Positions 11,700 through 20,850 of a stretch of 64,000 nt of DNA are shown one piece after another. The position numbers were made by a program, and so were the translations under genes. Under the pieces are notes generated by a model that had not been told where the DNA came from, made no database searches, and saw only the letters and a list, made by a program, of their open reading frames with translations. The stretch lies in the NCBI GenBank assembly GCA_002715505.1, contig PAZF01000009.1:4583-68582 (forward strand). Reading direction: 5' to 3'. How positions within the stretch are numbered: the first letter of the stretch is position 1; each line of letters begins with the position of its first letter. Source of the stretch: Candidatus Pelagibacterales bacterium (lineage in GTDB: Bacteria > Pseudomonadota > Alphaproteobacteria > TMED109).

Positions 11700-12428
11700 A
11701 TAAAACTAAATTATAAAATAATAATAGTATTCTTTGGAATATTTAACCTAATTTTAGTTTTCTGGTCTACCAAAACCATAGAGCTAATAAACAATATCTT
11801 TCAAAAAAAAGAAAATTCGAACATTCCAGTAATAGAGCCCTTAAAAGAAAATATAAAAGAAAAACCAGACGAAATTGAACTATTTCCCCATTCTGATAGT
11901 ACTATTTGGAAGGCTTTTAATGATGATATTAAAGCTAATAATAATGAAAATAATACTTCTAATCCAAGGTTAGAAAAAGAGAATAAACATGAAAATAACA
12001 ATAAGTCAGTAGAAGAAAAGAAAAAAGTTATAGAAAAAAAAGAAACTAAAAAAATTACTGAAGAAAAAATAAAAAAAATTGAAAAAGAGGCTTTGAAAAA
12101 AAATAATGAAAATAATAATTTAAACCTATATGCCGTTGAAGATGAGGCCGAGAAAGAAAATCAAAAAAGCACTAAAAAGTTAGGAAAGTATTCTATTCAA
12201 TTAGCTTCAGTTTCTAATGCAAATTTAATAGATAAAGAATGGCAAAGACTTAAAAAAATTTACATAGAACTCTCTAAGGAAAATTATAATTATAAAAAAG
12301 TTAATCTCAAAAACGGAAAAATTTTTTATAGAATATTAGTTGGAGAATTTAATTCGAAAGATGCGGCTAAGGATTTCTGTAAATCTATCCTCAAAAAAAA
12401 TAACTGTATAATTAGGTATTATGAATAA
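11700..12428 (+). CDS. SPOR-domain membrane protein (start codon uncertain)
   Basis: C-terminal SPOR domain (YSIQLASVSN...YRILVGEFNSKDAAKDFC). The frame is open from 11688 and encodes an N-terminal TM helix (IIIVFFGIFNLILVFW) plus a K/E/N-rich linker. The first canonical start in frame is TTG at 12093, so the start was placed at ATA 11700, after the GGTGA at 11691-11695. Confidence 0.6.
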   Translation: MKLNYKIIIVFFGIFNLILVFWSTKTIELINNIFQKKENSNIPVIEPLKENIKEKPDEIELFPHSDSTIWKAFNDDIKANNNENNTSNPRLEKENKHENNNKSVEEKKKVIEKKETKKITEEKIKKIEKEALKKNNENNNLNLYAVEDEAEKENQKSTKKLGKYSIQLASVSNANLIDKEWQRLKKIYIELSKENYNYKKVNLKNGKIFYRILVGEFNSKDAAKDFCKSILKKNNCIIRYYE

Positions 12429-13347
12429 TTACGCTATTGTAATCGGTATTAAGGGAGTTCTTCTAAAGGAAAGTGAAAAAGATTATCTTATAAAATTTAA
12501 GCCAATTGGAGTAATATTATTTAAAAGAAATATTTCTAATAAGACGCAAGTTATTGCTTTGATTAAGGACATTAAAACTATTTTAGGTTCTAATTCTATA
12601 ATAATGGTAGATCAAGAAGGAGGAAAAGTTTCTAGATTGAATGAAAAAATCTGGCCAAATTATCCTCCTGCTAATTATTTTGGAAAAATTGCCTTAAAAG
12701 ATTTAAAAACTGCAAAAAAAGAAACTTTTAATAATTACTATTCTATTGGAAAAGAATTATATAAATTGGGTTTTAGCTATAATTGTGCTCCTGTTTTAGA
12801 TTTATCAATTAAAAATTCCAATAATGTGATTGGAAGCAGATCTTTTTCAAGCAACCCTAAGATAGTAAGACTGCTTGGTTATGAGGCATGTAAGGGGTTA
12901 ATTAAAGCTAAAATTAAACCCGTTATAAAACATATTCCTGGTCATGGAAGATCTAAAGATGATAGTCATAAAAAGTTGCCTGAAATTAATTTAAGTTTTT
13001 CAGAATTAAAGGACGATTTTTTCCCTTTTAAAAAGTTAAATAATATTCATTCTGCAATGACTGCACACATAAAATATAAAAAACTAGATAATTATAATAG
13101 TGCTACTCATTCGAAAATAATAATAGGAGAAATTATTAGAAATAAATTAGGTTTTAAAGGAATATTATTCTCAGACGATATATGTATGAAGGCTCTTAAA
13201 GGATCCTATTTTGCAAGGGCTAAAAAAGCTATAAACGCAGGTTGTGATATCATATTACATTGCCAACCTAATTTAAAATATATAATAAAATCTACTTTAG
13301 GTGCAGGTAAAATTTCCAAAGAATTAGAGAAAAAGCTAATAAAATAA
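12421..13347 (+). CDS. nagZ: Beta-N-acetylhexosaminidase (GH3)
   Basis: 308-aa ORF with NagZ motifs MVDQEGGKVSRL and KHIPGHGRSKDDSH. Confidence 0.85.
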   Translation: MNNYAIVIGIKGVLLKESEKDYLIKFKPIGVILFKRNISNKTQVIALIKDIKTILGSNSIIMVDQEGGKVSRLNEKIWPNYPPANYFGKIALKDLKTAKKETFNNYYSIGKELYKLGFSYNCAPVLDLSIKNSNNVIGSRSFSSNPKIVRLLGYEACKGLIKAKIKPVIKHIPGHGRSKDDSHKKLPEINLSFSELKDDFFPFKKLNNIHSAMTAHIKYKKLDNYNSATHSKIIIGEIIRNKLGFKGILFSDDICMKALKGSYFARAKKAINAGCDIILHCQPNLKYIIKSTLGAGKISKELEKKLIK

Positions 13348-13415
13348 TTTTTTTATTATCAATAACTAATATTTGTTATATATATAGTTATATTTAGCAA
13401 ATTAGGTACTATAGG

Positions 13416-14204
13416 TTGTATAAATTTAAAGAAACAGACTTTCAAGAAGATAATAATAACGTTAAGGACAATAGACTGCTCTTAAATTTAGACTTAGAAG
13501 GCTTTAATGGGCCTCTTGATCTTTTATTACAATTAGCGCAACAAAAAAAACTTGATATTACAAAGATTTCCATATTATCTCTAGTTAATCAATACTTACA
13601 GTTTATAAAGAAATCCAAAAAAATGAATCTTGATTTAGCTTCTGATTACTTAGTTATGGCAGCTATATTAGCTTATATAAAATCAAAATTATTATTACCT
13701 ACAAAAGAAGATGATAATGAAAATGATAAAGAAATATTGCCAGAGCTTTTGGCTTTTAATTTACAAAGACTAAAGGCTATGAGAGATGTATCAGAAAAAT
13801 TATTTTCAAGAGAGTTATTGAATTCTAAAAGATTTTTAAAAGGACAAATTTTAGATCAATCGGTAGTTTTAGAAACTGATTACTATTGTAACAAACATAG
13901 CTTATTGATTTGCTTTTCAAATATTTTTAATAGAAAAGGAATTAAAAATATTAATATAGAGCCTAAAAATTACTATAACGTCGAGGATGCTTTAGAAAAA
14001 ATAAAAAAATTTTACCAAAATATTAAGGTGTGGTTCAGCATTTTAGAAACTCTTCCTAAAATAGAAGAAGTTAGCAAAGAAAAGCACTCTATTAAAATAG
14101 CTTTTATAACTACAGTAGCTGCTTCTTTAGAGCTGGCAAAAAGAGGAAAAATATTAATAAAGCAAAAGGAAGAGTGCGGAGAAATATTTATGAAAAGAAA
14201 GTAA
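13416..14204 (+). CDS. scpA: Segregation and condensation protein A
   Basis: 262-aa ORF with a TTG start and the ScpA N-terminus (FNGPLDLLLQLAQQKKLDITKISI). It is followed by scpB. Confidence 0.85.
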   Translation: MYKFKETDFQEDNNNVKDNRLLLNLDLEGFNGPLDLLLQLAQQKKLDITKISILSLVNQYLQFIKKSKKMNLDLASDYLVMAAILAYIKSKLLLPTKEDDNENDKEILPELLAFNLQRLKAMRDVSEKLFSRELLNSKRFLKGQILDQSVVLETDYYCNKHSLLICFSNIFNRKGIKNINIEPKNYYNVEDALEKIKKFYQNIKVWFSILETLPKIEEVSKEKHSIKIAFITTVAASLELAKRGKILIKQKEECGEIFMKRK

Positions 14205-14207
14205 TTT

Positions 14208-14786
14208 ATGTCCAAAGAACAAAAAAATATTTTAAGAATTCTTGAGGCATTAATTTTTGCTAGTGACAAGGCTATTCATATTAACGAAATAAAAAAAAGA
14301 ATACCTTCTTGCGAAAATCTTAATGAATGTCTATTAAAGTTAAAAAATAACTATAAGGATAAAGGAATAAATTTAAAAGAAAGTGATAATCAGTGGTATT
14401 TTGAAACCTCTTCAGATTTGTCTGAATATTTAAAAGAGCATAAAATTATCAGGAAGAAACTTTCAAAAGCTGCTATGGAAACATTGTCAATAGTTGCTTA
14501 TTTTCAGCCTATTACTAAACCTGAAATAGACGAGATTAGAGGTGTATCCACTCATCCAGGGATTTTTGAATTATTGCTCAATAATGAGTGGATTGAAAAT
14601 AAGGGTAGAAAGGAAGTACCGGGAAGACCTGTTTTATGGAAAACTACAAATTACTTTTTGCAATATTTTAATTTGACTAATATTAAAGAATTGCCTTCTA
14701 AAAAGGAACTCAAAGAAATGGGTCTTTTAACTAAAGGTGATACTTTAAAAGAGGAACTTATTAAAAAAGAAGAAATTAATAATTAA
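14208..14786 (+). CDS. scpB: Segregation and condensation protein B
   Basis: 192-aa ORF with ScpB winged-helix motifs (ILEALIFAS, ETLSIVAYFQPITKPEIDEIRGV, GRPVLWKTT). Confidence 0.85.
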   Translation: MSKEQKNILRILEALIFASDKAIHINEIKKRIPSCENLNECLLKLKNNYKDKGINLKESDNQWYFETSSDLSEYLKEHKIIRKKLSKAAMETLSIVAYFQPITKPEIDEIRGVSTHPGIFELLLNNEWIENKGRKEVPGRPVLWKTTNYFLQYFNLTNIKELPSKKELKEMGLLTKGDTLKEELIKKEEINN

Positions 14787-14890
14787 CTTGCAACTAGAAA
14801 TAGTTATCATTTACAATATGCCTTTATATCTTTATTTTTAAGATATGGGAGGAAGATATTTTTTCATATAACAACAATTTATTTAAAAGT

Positions 14891-16504
14891 ATAAATGTTT
14901 GGTTAATAATAAGCTTATTCATAGCCATCCTTGTTGCCACACCAATTGCTACTATTTGGATTAAAGCAATTAATGTAAATCAAGAGGTATGGCAACATAT
15001 ATATGAATATTTTTTTTTAACCTATAGCTACAATACAGTCTTACTTATTTTTTTTGTTTCTTTATTTACTTTATTATTTGGAGTGACAGCAGCTTGGTTT
15101 ACAGTCTTTTATGATTTTCATTTTAAAAAGCTTTTTTCTTATTTATTAATTCTTCCTATTGCCATTCCACCATATGCTGTGGCTTATTGTTACGCAGATA
15201 TTACAGATAAAGGTGGAATAATTTCTCAGATTTTAGAATTTTTAAGTTTATCTCAATTTAACTTTTTAATACCATCTGTTAGATCAGTAACTGGAGCAAT
15301 ATTTATTTTAAGTATAACTTTATTTCCTTATGTGTACTTGATAGCTAAATTTTCACTTTCTAACAACTCTAGAAAAATTATTGAAGCAGCAGCTAACTTA
15401 GGTATAAATAGAAAAAGGTTATTTTTTAATTGTGCTTTACCACTATGCAAACCAGCAATAATTGCAGGATTAGCTTTAGTTATGATGGAGTCTATGGCTG
15501 ACTTTGGTGTAGTACATTATTTGGGTGTTGACAGTTTATCAGTAGGAATATACAAATCATGGTTTGGACTGGGAGACTTTAATAGCGCTGCTAGGCTGGC
15601 AACTATTTTATTCATTTTGGCTTTTATAGTATTGTTTACAGAAAATTTATTTAGGAAAAAAAATGAGGGAAGATTTTTTTCTTTTGATCTCTCTAATCAA
15701 GATATAAAAATTTTTTCTAATAAACCTAAAGTGCCATTTTTAATTATACTGACTCTAATTATTATTACATTTTTAATCCCTTTATCCTGGCTTATTTCAA
15801 ATTCTATAAGTCTAGTTATTAAAGAAAGCAACTTATTATTACTTTTTTTCAAGGCCTCTTTAAATTCTATTTTTTTAGCATTTGTCGGAAGTATTATTAT
15901 TACATCATTTGCTGCAATAATTTGTTTTACTCAAAGAATTTATGGAGGTTTTTTAAATTTTTTTTTAAATCTAGCCAAAATCGGATATGCGTCTCCAGGT
16001 ATAGTAATTGCTTTAGGAGTAATAACTCCTATTGTTTATTTTGATAAAAAAATCATTCAATTTTTAGAAATATTGCAATTTAATAATGTTGGACTAATAA
16101 TTTCTGGATCTTTTTTCGTTCTCATTTTTGCTTATTTAACGAGATTTTTAGCGGTTGCCTTTAATCCTATAGAAGCAGCGTATCAAAAGGTTAACAGAAA
16201 ATTAGATTTTGCTGCAATTAATTTAGGTGCCAAACGAAACGAATTATTTTTTAAAATTCATATTCCAATGTTAACTGTAAGTTTTTTGATTTCCTTTCTT
16301 TTAGTTTTTATAGATATACTTAAAGAATTACCTGCAACTTTAATATTAAGACCTTTTAACTTTAATACATTGTCTATACTAACCTTTGAATATGCGAGTT
16401 CTGAGCAATTAAAAATGGCAGCTATATCTTCATTATTAATTATGATTTTTGCTACTATACCATTAATTTTTATTCATTTAATCTTTAGAAGAAAGAAATT
16501 ATGA
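14891..16504 (+). CDS. Two-domain ABC transporter permease, Fe(III)/FbpB-SfuB type (start codon uncertain)
   Basis: The ORF track gives GTG 15083. The same frame is open from 14804 and encodes the expected first TM helices (NVWLIISLFIAILVATPIATIW, TVLLIFFVSLFTLLFGVTAAW). There are two MetI-like permease halves. ATGA overlap with the ATPase gene. Confidence 0.75.
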   Translation: MNVWLIISLFIAILVATPIATIWIKAINVNQEVWQHIYEYFFLTYSYNTVLLIFFVSLFTLLFGVTAAWFTVFYDFHFKKLFSYLLILPIAIPPYAVAYCYADITDKGGIISQILEFLSLSQFNFLIPSVRSVTGAIFILSITLFPYVYLIAKFSLSNNSRKIIEAAANLGINRKRLFFNCALPLCKPAIIAGLALVMMESMADFGVVHYLGVDSLSVGIYKSWFGLGDFNSAARLATILFILAFIVLFTENLFRKKNEGRFFSFDLSNQDIKIFSNKPKVPFLIILTLIIITFLIPLSWLISNSISLVIKESNLLLLFFKASLNSIFLAFVGSIIITSFAAIICFTQRIYGGFLNFFLNLAKIGYASPGIVIALGVITPIVYFDKKIIQFLEILQFNNVGLIISGSFFVLIFAYLTRFLAVAFNPIEAAYQKVNRKLDFAAINLGAKRNELFFKIHIPMLTVSFLISFLLVFIDILKELPATLILRPFNFNTLSILTFEYASSEQLKMAAISSLLIMIFATIPLIFIHLIFRRKKL

Positions 16505-17553
16505 AAGAAAATTTTTTAGAAATTAAAAATATTGACTATAAAGTTGGAATAAAAAAAATATTGGATAATATTTCTTTTTCTCTCAAAAAAGGAGAAATCA
16601 TTAGTATAATTGGACCTTCAGGATCAGGAAAGACTACCATATTAAAGGCTATTTCCGGCTTAATTAATCTAACAGAAGGTAATATAACCTTTTTAAATGA
16701 GTTACTTTCATCAAAAAAAAAACTTGTTCCGACTGGAAAAAGAAAAATTGGCTTAATGTTTCAGGAAGATGTGCTATTTCCACATTATAATGTATATAAG
16801 AATATAGAATTTGGTATTCAAAATAAGAGTTCAAATTATAGAAAAAAGTTAATGTTTAAATTACTGCAAGAATTTAAACTAAAACATGTAGCTGAATTAT
16901 ATCCTGATAAGCTTTCAGGGGGAGAGAAGCAAAGAGTTGCTCTTGCCAGGATATTAATAACAAAACCAAAAATATTATTAATGGATGAGCCCTTTTCAAG
17001 CTTAGACTATAACTTAGGAAAAGAAATTGCTGAATTTACTATAAAACTTTTAAGACAAAATAAAATATCAGTAGTTTTTGTTACTCATGATATTAAATCA
17101 GCTCTTAGGGTAAGCGATAAGATAATTTTAATTAACAAAGGTAAAATAATTCAAAATGATACGCCACAAAATATTTACAATAAGCCTATAGATCAGTTTG
17201 TTGCTGAATTTGTAGGGGATATTAACAGATTTTCAGTTATAGCTAAAAAGCAAGGAAAAATAATGACACCATTTGGAACGCTTAATTGTTTACAATGCAA
17301 AGAAAGTTTTGAAAAATGCGGAAAGAAAAAGCATTTCTGTTTTATAAGACCAGAAGATATAAAATTCAGCAAACAGGGTCTGAAATGCAAAGTTTTAGAA
17401 AAAGCATTTTTAGGAGATAGTTGGGAATACAAAGTAAGTATTAATAAAAAACTTCCATCATTTAAAATTAGAACAGATAAAAGTGATATTAAAAAAAATA
17501 CACTTGTTAGACTAAAAATTAATACTAAGAAAATATTAGTCTTCTCAAAATAA
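16501..17553 (+). CDS. ABC transporter ATP-binding protein (FbpC/PotA-like)
   Basis: 350-aa ORF with Walker A (GPSGSGKTT), signature (LSGGEKQRVALAR), Walker B (LLMDEPFSSLD) and a C-terminal TOBE-like domain. Confidence 0.9.
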   Translation: MKENFLEIKNIDYKVGIKKILDNISFSLKKGEIISIIGPSGSGKTTILKAISGLINLTEGNITFLNELLSSKKKLVPTGKRKIGLMFQEDVLFPHYNVYKNIEFGIQNKSSNYRKKLMFKLLQEFKLKHVAELYPDKLSGGEKQRVALARILITKPKILLMDEPFSSLDYNLGKEIAEFTIKLLRQNKISVVFVTHDIKSALRVSDKIILINKGKIIQNDTPQNIYNKPIDQFVAEFVGDINRFSVIAKKQGKIMTPFGTLNCLQCKESFEKCGKKKHFCFIRPEDIKFSKQGLKCKVLEKAFLGDSWEYKVSINKKLPSFKIRTDKSDIKKNTLVRLKINTKKILVFSK

Positions 17554-17608
17554 AAAATTCATTGCTGTAATGTAAATAATTATATAAATTCAAAGAAAGG
17601 AGATAATA

Positions 17609-17821
17609 ATGGGAATAAGTATTTGGCAAATAGTTTTAGTTTTAGTGATAATCGTAATATTATTTGGAGCTGGTAAAATTCCAAGAGTAATGGGAGATAT
17701 TGCTAAAGGTATAAAGAGTTTTAAAGCAGGTATGAAGGAAGGTGAAGAAACTGAAGAAATTGATAGTGACCTATCTTCAGAAGAAAAAAAGAAAAAGCCA
17801 AAGAATAAAAAAACTAATTAG
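17609..17821 (+). CDS. tatA: Twin-arginine translocase subunit TatA/E
   Basis: 70-aa ORF with a TM helix, amphipathic helix and acidic tail ([39 protein letters not shown]). AAGGAG Shine-Dalgarno upstream. Confidence 0.85.
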   Translation: MGISIWQIVLVLVIIVILFGAGKIPRVMGDIAKGIKSFKAGMKEGEETEEIDSDLSSEEKKKKPKNKKTN

Positions 17822-17945
17822 TAAATAATTTAAATAATTTCTTATGAAGTTGTTGATATTTTTGAAAGGCATATTTTTAGCATTTTAATTTGTCTGAAGT
17901 TTTAATATATTTGGGCCTGGGCTATTTTTAAATATTGCATGATAA

Positions 17946-18791
17946 ATGAGTGAAAACGTATCTAAAAAAGAAGATGATATAGAAGCATCAAAAGCACCAT
18001 TAATAACTCACTTAATTGAATTAAGAGATAGACTTAAGTGGGCTGTATTATTTTTCTTCTTATCTTTCTGTATCTGTTATTATTTTGCTAATTCTATATA
18101 TGACTTTCTTGTTGATCCTCTTTATCAAATTTATATAAAAAACGGTATAGAGAACCCAAGAATGATATACACAGCCTTAACAGAAGCATTCTTTACATAT
18201 CTTAAAGTATCTTTTTACGGAGCGCTTTTTATATCTTTTCCAATTCTTGCAATGCAAATTTATAAATTTGCTGCTCCTGGTTTATATAAAAATGAAAAGA
18301 GTGCTTTTCTTCCTTTTCTTATAGCTACTCCATTGTTGTTTGCGTCAGGAGCAGCACTAGTTTATTATTTTATTTTTCCATTGGCATGGAATTTTTTTCT
18401 GGGATTTCAGACCTCTACAGCAGAAGCTGGAATGGCAATTGAGCTAGAAGCTAAAGTTAATGAATATTTATCTTTAGTTTTAAAACTAATGTTTGCTTTT
18501 GGATTAGCATTTCAAATACCTGTAGCACTGACCTTACTAGCAAGGGCTGGTCTTGTAAACAGTAGTCAACTAAAAAAAAGAAGAAAGTATGCTATAGTAA
18601 TAGCCTTTGTAGTGGCTGCAATATTAACACCACCTGACCTAATAAGCCAAATAGGGCTAGGTATTCCTATAATTGTACTATTTGAAATATCTATTCTTTT
18701 AGCAGTATTTTTTGAAAATAAAAAAGTAAAAACTAAAAATAAGTCAAAAGCAAAAAAGAAGTTATTTGGAGAAACTGATTTTAATGAGTAA
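17946..18791 (+). CDS. tatC: Twin-arginine translocase subunit TatC
   Basis: 281-aa polytopic ORF with the TatC N-terminus (PLITHLIELRDRL) and six predicted TM segments. Confidence 0.9.
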   Translation: MSENVSKKEDDIEASKAPLITHLIELRDRLKWAVLFFFLSFCICYYFANSIYDFLVDPLYQIYIKNGIENPRMIYTALTEAFFTYLKVSFYGALFISFPILAMQIYKFAAPGLYKNEKSAFLPFLIATPLLFASGAALVYYFIFPLAWNFFLGFQTSTAEAGMAIELEAKVNEYLSLVLKLMFAFGLAFQIPVALTLLARAGLVNSSQLKKRRKYAIVIAFVVAAILTPPDLISQIGLGIPIIVLFEISILLAVFFENKKVKTKNKSKAKKKLFGETDFNE

Positions 18792-18798
18792 GAATTAA

Positions 18799-20064
18799 AT
18801 GCACGATATTAATTTTATAAGGAAATATAAAAATGAATTTATCAAATCTATGGATAAAAGATTTATAAAAATTAATATTGAAGAAATTTTAGATCTGGAT
18901 AAAAAAAAAAGAAACTTTACTTTTGAATTACAGGAATTACAAAATCAAAGGAATGTATTATCAAAATCAATTCCTGAAATAAAAAATAATGTACAAGAAG
19001 CTGCTAAAGTTATAAGCAAAGTTAATAATATTAAAGAAGATATTAAAAACACAGAGAAAAAGCTTTTAAAAGCATCTGTAAAATTAGAAGAAATTTTGTT
19101 AAATCTACCCAACTCTCCTTCCTCTGATATTCCTGTAGGAAGAGACGATAGTTTTAATAAAGTAGTTTTTCAATCAAAAGAAATTAATAAAAAAGAAACT
19201 GGTCTTCCACATGATGAAATAGGAAATAATTTGGATATGATGGATTTTGAAAGTGCATCTAAAATTTCTGGATCTAGGTTTGTCATACTAAAATCAAAAT
19301 TAGCTAGGTTAGAAAGGGCTCTATGTAATTTTATGTTAGATTTGCATATTAATGAGCACGGATATGAAGAAATTAGCACTCCACACTTGACTAAAGATAC
19401 TGCATTGTTAGGAACAGGACAGCTTCCTAAGTTTGAAGAAGATTTATTTTCTGTATCTAGCAATAAGTGGTTAATACCTACTGCAGAAGTTACTTTAACA
19501 AATATAAATAAAGGAAAAATATTGTTAGACAATAAACTTCCTATAAGGTACGTAGCACTTACCAATTGTTTTAGATCTGAGGCTGGGGCAGCAGGAAAAG
19601 ATACTAAAGGTATGATAAGATTACATGAATTTAAAAAAGTTGAACTTGTGTCACTAGTATCTAAAGAAGACTCTTATCAGGAATTGGAAAGATTAACTAA
19701 ATGTGCTAGTAAGGTACTAGAATTATTAGAAATACCTTACAGAGTAACGCTTTTGTCATCTGGAGATATGGGGTTTTCAGCATCTAAAACTTACGATATT
19801 GAAGTCTGGTTGCCAAGCCAAAAAAAATATAGGGAAGTTTCTAGCTGTTCAAATTGTGAAGACTTTCAGGCTCGAAGAATTAATATAAAATATAAAAATA
19901 ATAATAATGAAAAATTATTTATTCATACACTTAACGGATCAGGAGTGGCAGTAGGTAGAGCGCTTGTAGCCATATTAGAAAACTATCAAATAAATGAAAA
20001 TACTATAAAGATACCTAATGTTCTAATTAAATACATGGATGGCATTAATAAAATTGAGATTTAG
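18799..20064 (+). CDS. serS: Seryl-tRNA synthetase
   Basis: 421-aa ORF with an N-terminal coiled coil and class II motifs (FRSEAGAAGKDTKGMIRLHEFKKVE, GSGVAVGRALVAILE). Confidence 0.97.
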   Translation: MHDINFIRKYKNEFIKSMDKRFIKINIEEILDLDKKKRNFTFELQELQNQRNVLSKSIPEIKNNVQEAAKVISKVNNIKEDIKNTEKKLLKASVKLEEILLNLPNSPSSDIPVGRDDSFNKVVFQSKEINKKETGLPHDEIGNNLDMMDFESASKISGSRFVILKSKLARLERALCNFMLDLHINEHGYEEISTPHLTKDTALLGTGQLPKFEEDLFSVSSNKWLIPTAEVTLTNINKGKILLDNKLPIRYVALTNCFRSEAGAAGKDTKGMIRLHEFKKVELVSLVSKEDSYQELERLTKCASKVLELLEIPYRVTLLSSGDMGFSASKTYDIEVWLPSQKKYREVSSCSNCEDFQARRINIKYKNNNNEKLFIHTLNGSGVAVGRALVAILENYQINENTIKIPNVLIKYMDGINKIEI

Positions 20065-20850
20065 ATGAATAATAATGATTTGATATTCATTACAAATGAT
20101 GATGGTTGTAAAGCCAAAGGAATTAAAATATTAAATGATGTAGCAAAAATATTAAGTAATAATATTTGGTCTTTTGCTCCAGCAATTAACAATTCTGGGA
20201 AAAGCCATTCTATAACTATTAATAAAAATATCAAAATAGAGGCTTTAACTAATCAAACATTCAAAGTTGAAGGGACACCAGTTGATTGTGTAGTATTTGG
20301 AATAAAATATTTATTAAAAAAAAAAATTAAACCTAAAATAATCTTGTCAGGAATAAATTATGGTCAAAATTTAGGTTTAGACCTTATATATTCAGGAACA
20401 GTCGCAGCTGCAAGAGAAGGAAGCATTCAAAATATAAAATCATTTTCAATATCCATAGAAAAAAATTCTAAACCCACTCATTGGAATACGGTTAAATACT
20501 ACTTACCTAAAATAATTAAAAACATTAAAGCTTTAAATTTTAATAATAATATTTATTACAATATTAATTTTCCAAATGTAGAAATAAAAAAAATAAAAGG
20601 CTGTAAAATAGTTAAAGCAGGAAAAAGGAAACCTGGAGAAATATTAACTATTACTAAATTAAAAAAAAAATCCTTTTTTTTAAAGATACCTTCTGAAAGA
20701 AAAATTCATAAATCTGCAGTAATTAATGAAGACGAGTATGAAATGAATAAAAAATTTATTACTGTGACATACCATTCATATTTTAGCTCTTCTGAAAATA
20801 ATATATCAAAAAAATTAAGCAGTTCTCTTAGGAAAATAGTTGAAAAATAG
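20065..20850 (+). CDS. surE: 5-prime/3-prime-nucleotidase SurE
   Basis: 261-aa ORF with the SurE N-terminal motif (ITNDDGCKAKGI) and GINYGQNLG. Conserved serS-surE-pcm-nlpD order. Confidence 0.9.
   Translation: MNNNDLIFITNDDGCKAKGIKILNDVAKILSNNIWSFAPAINNSGKSHSITINKNIKIEALTNQTFKVEGTPVDCVVFGIKYLLKKKIKPKIILSGINYGQNLGLDLIYSGTVAAAREGSIQNIKSFSISIEKNSKPTHWNTVKYYLPKIIKNIKALNFNNNIYYNINFPNVEIKKIKGCKIVKAGKRKPGEILTITKLKKKSFFLKIPSERKIHKSAVINEDEYEMNKKFITVTYHSYFSSSENNISKKLSSSLRKIVEK

Noticed and set aside
17822-17850. Tandem duplication AAATAATTT-AAATAATTT directly after tatA.
   Set aside because: It is only two copies of a 9-mer of pure A/T, which is expected by chance in this composition. It has no flanking structure.
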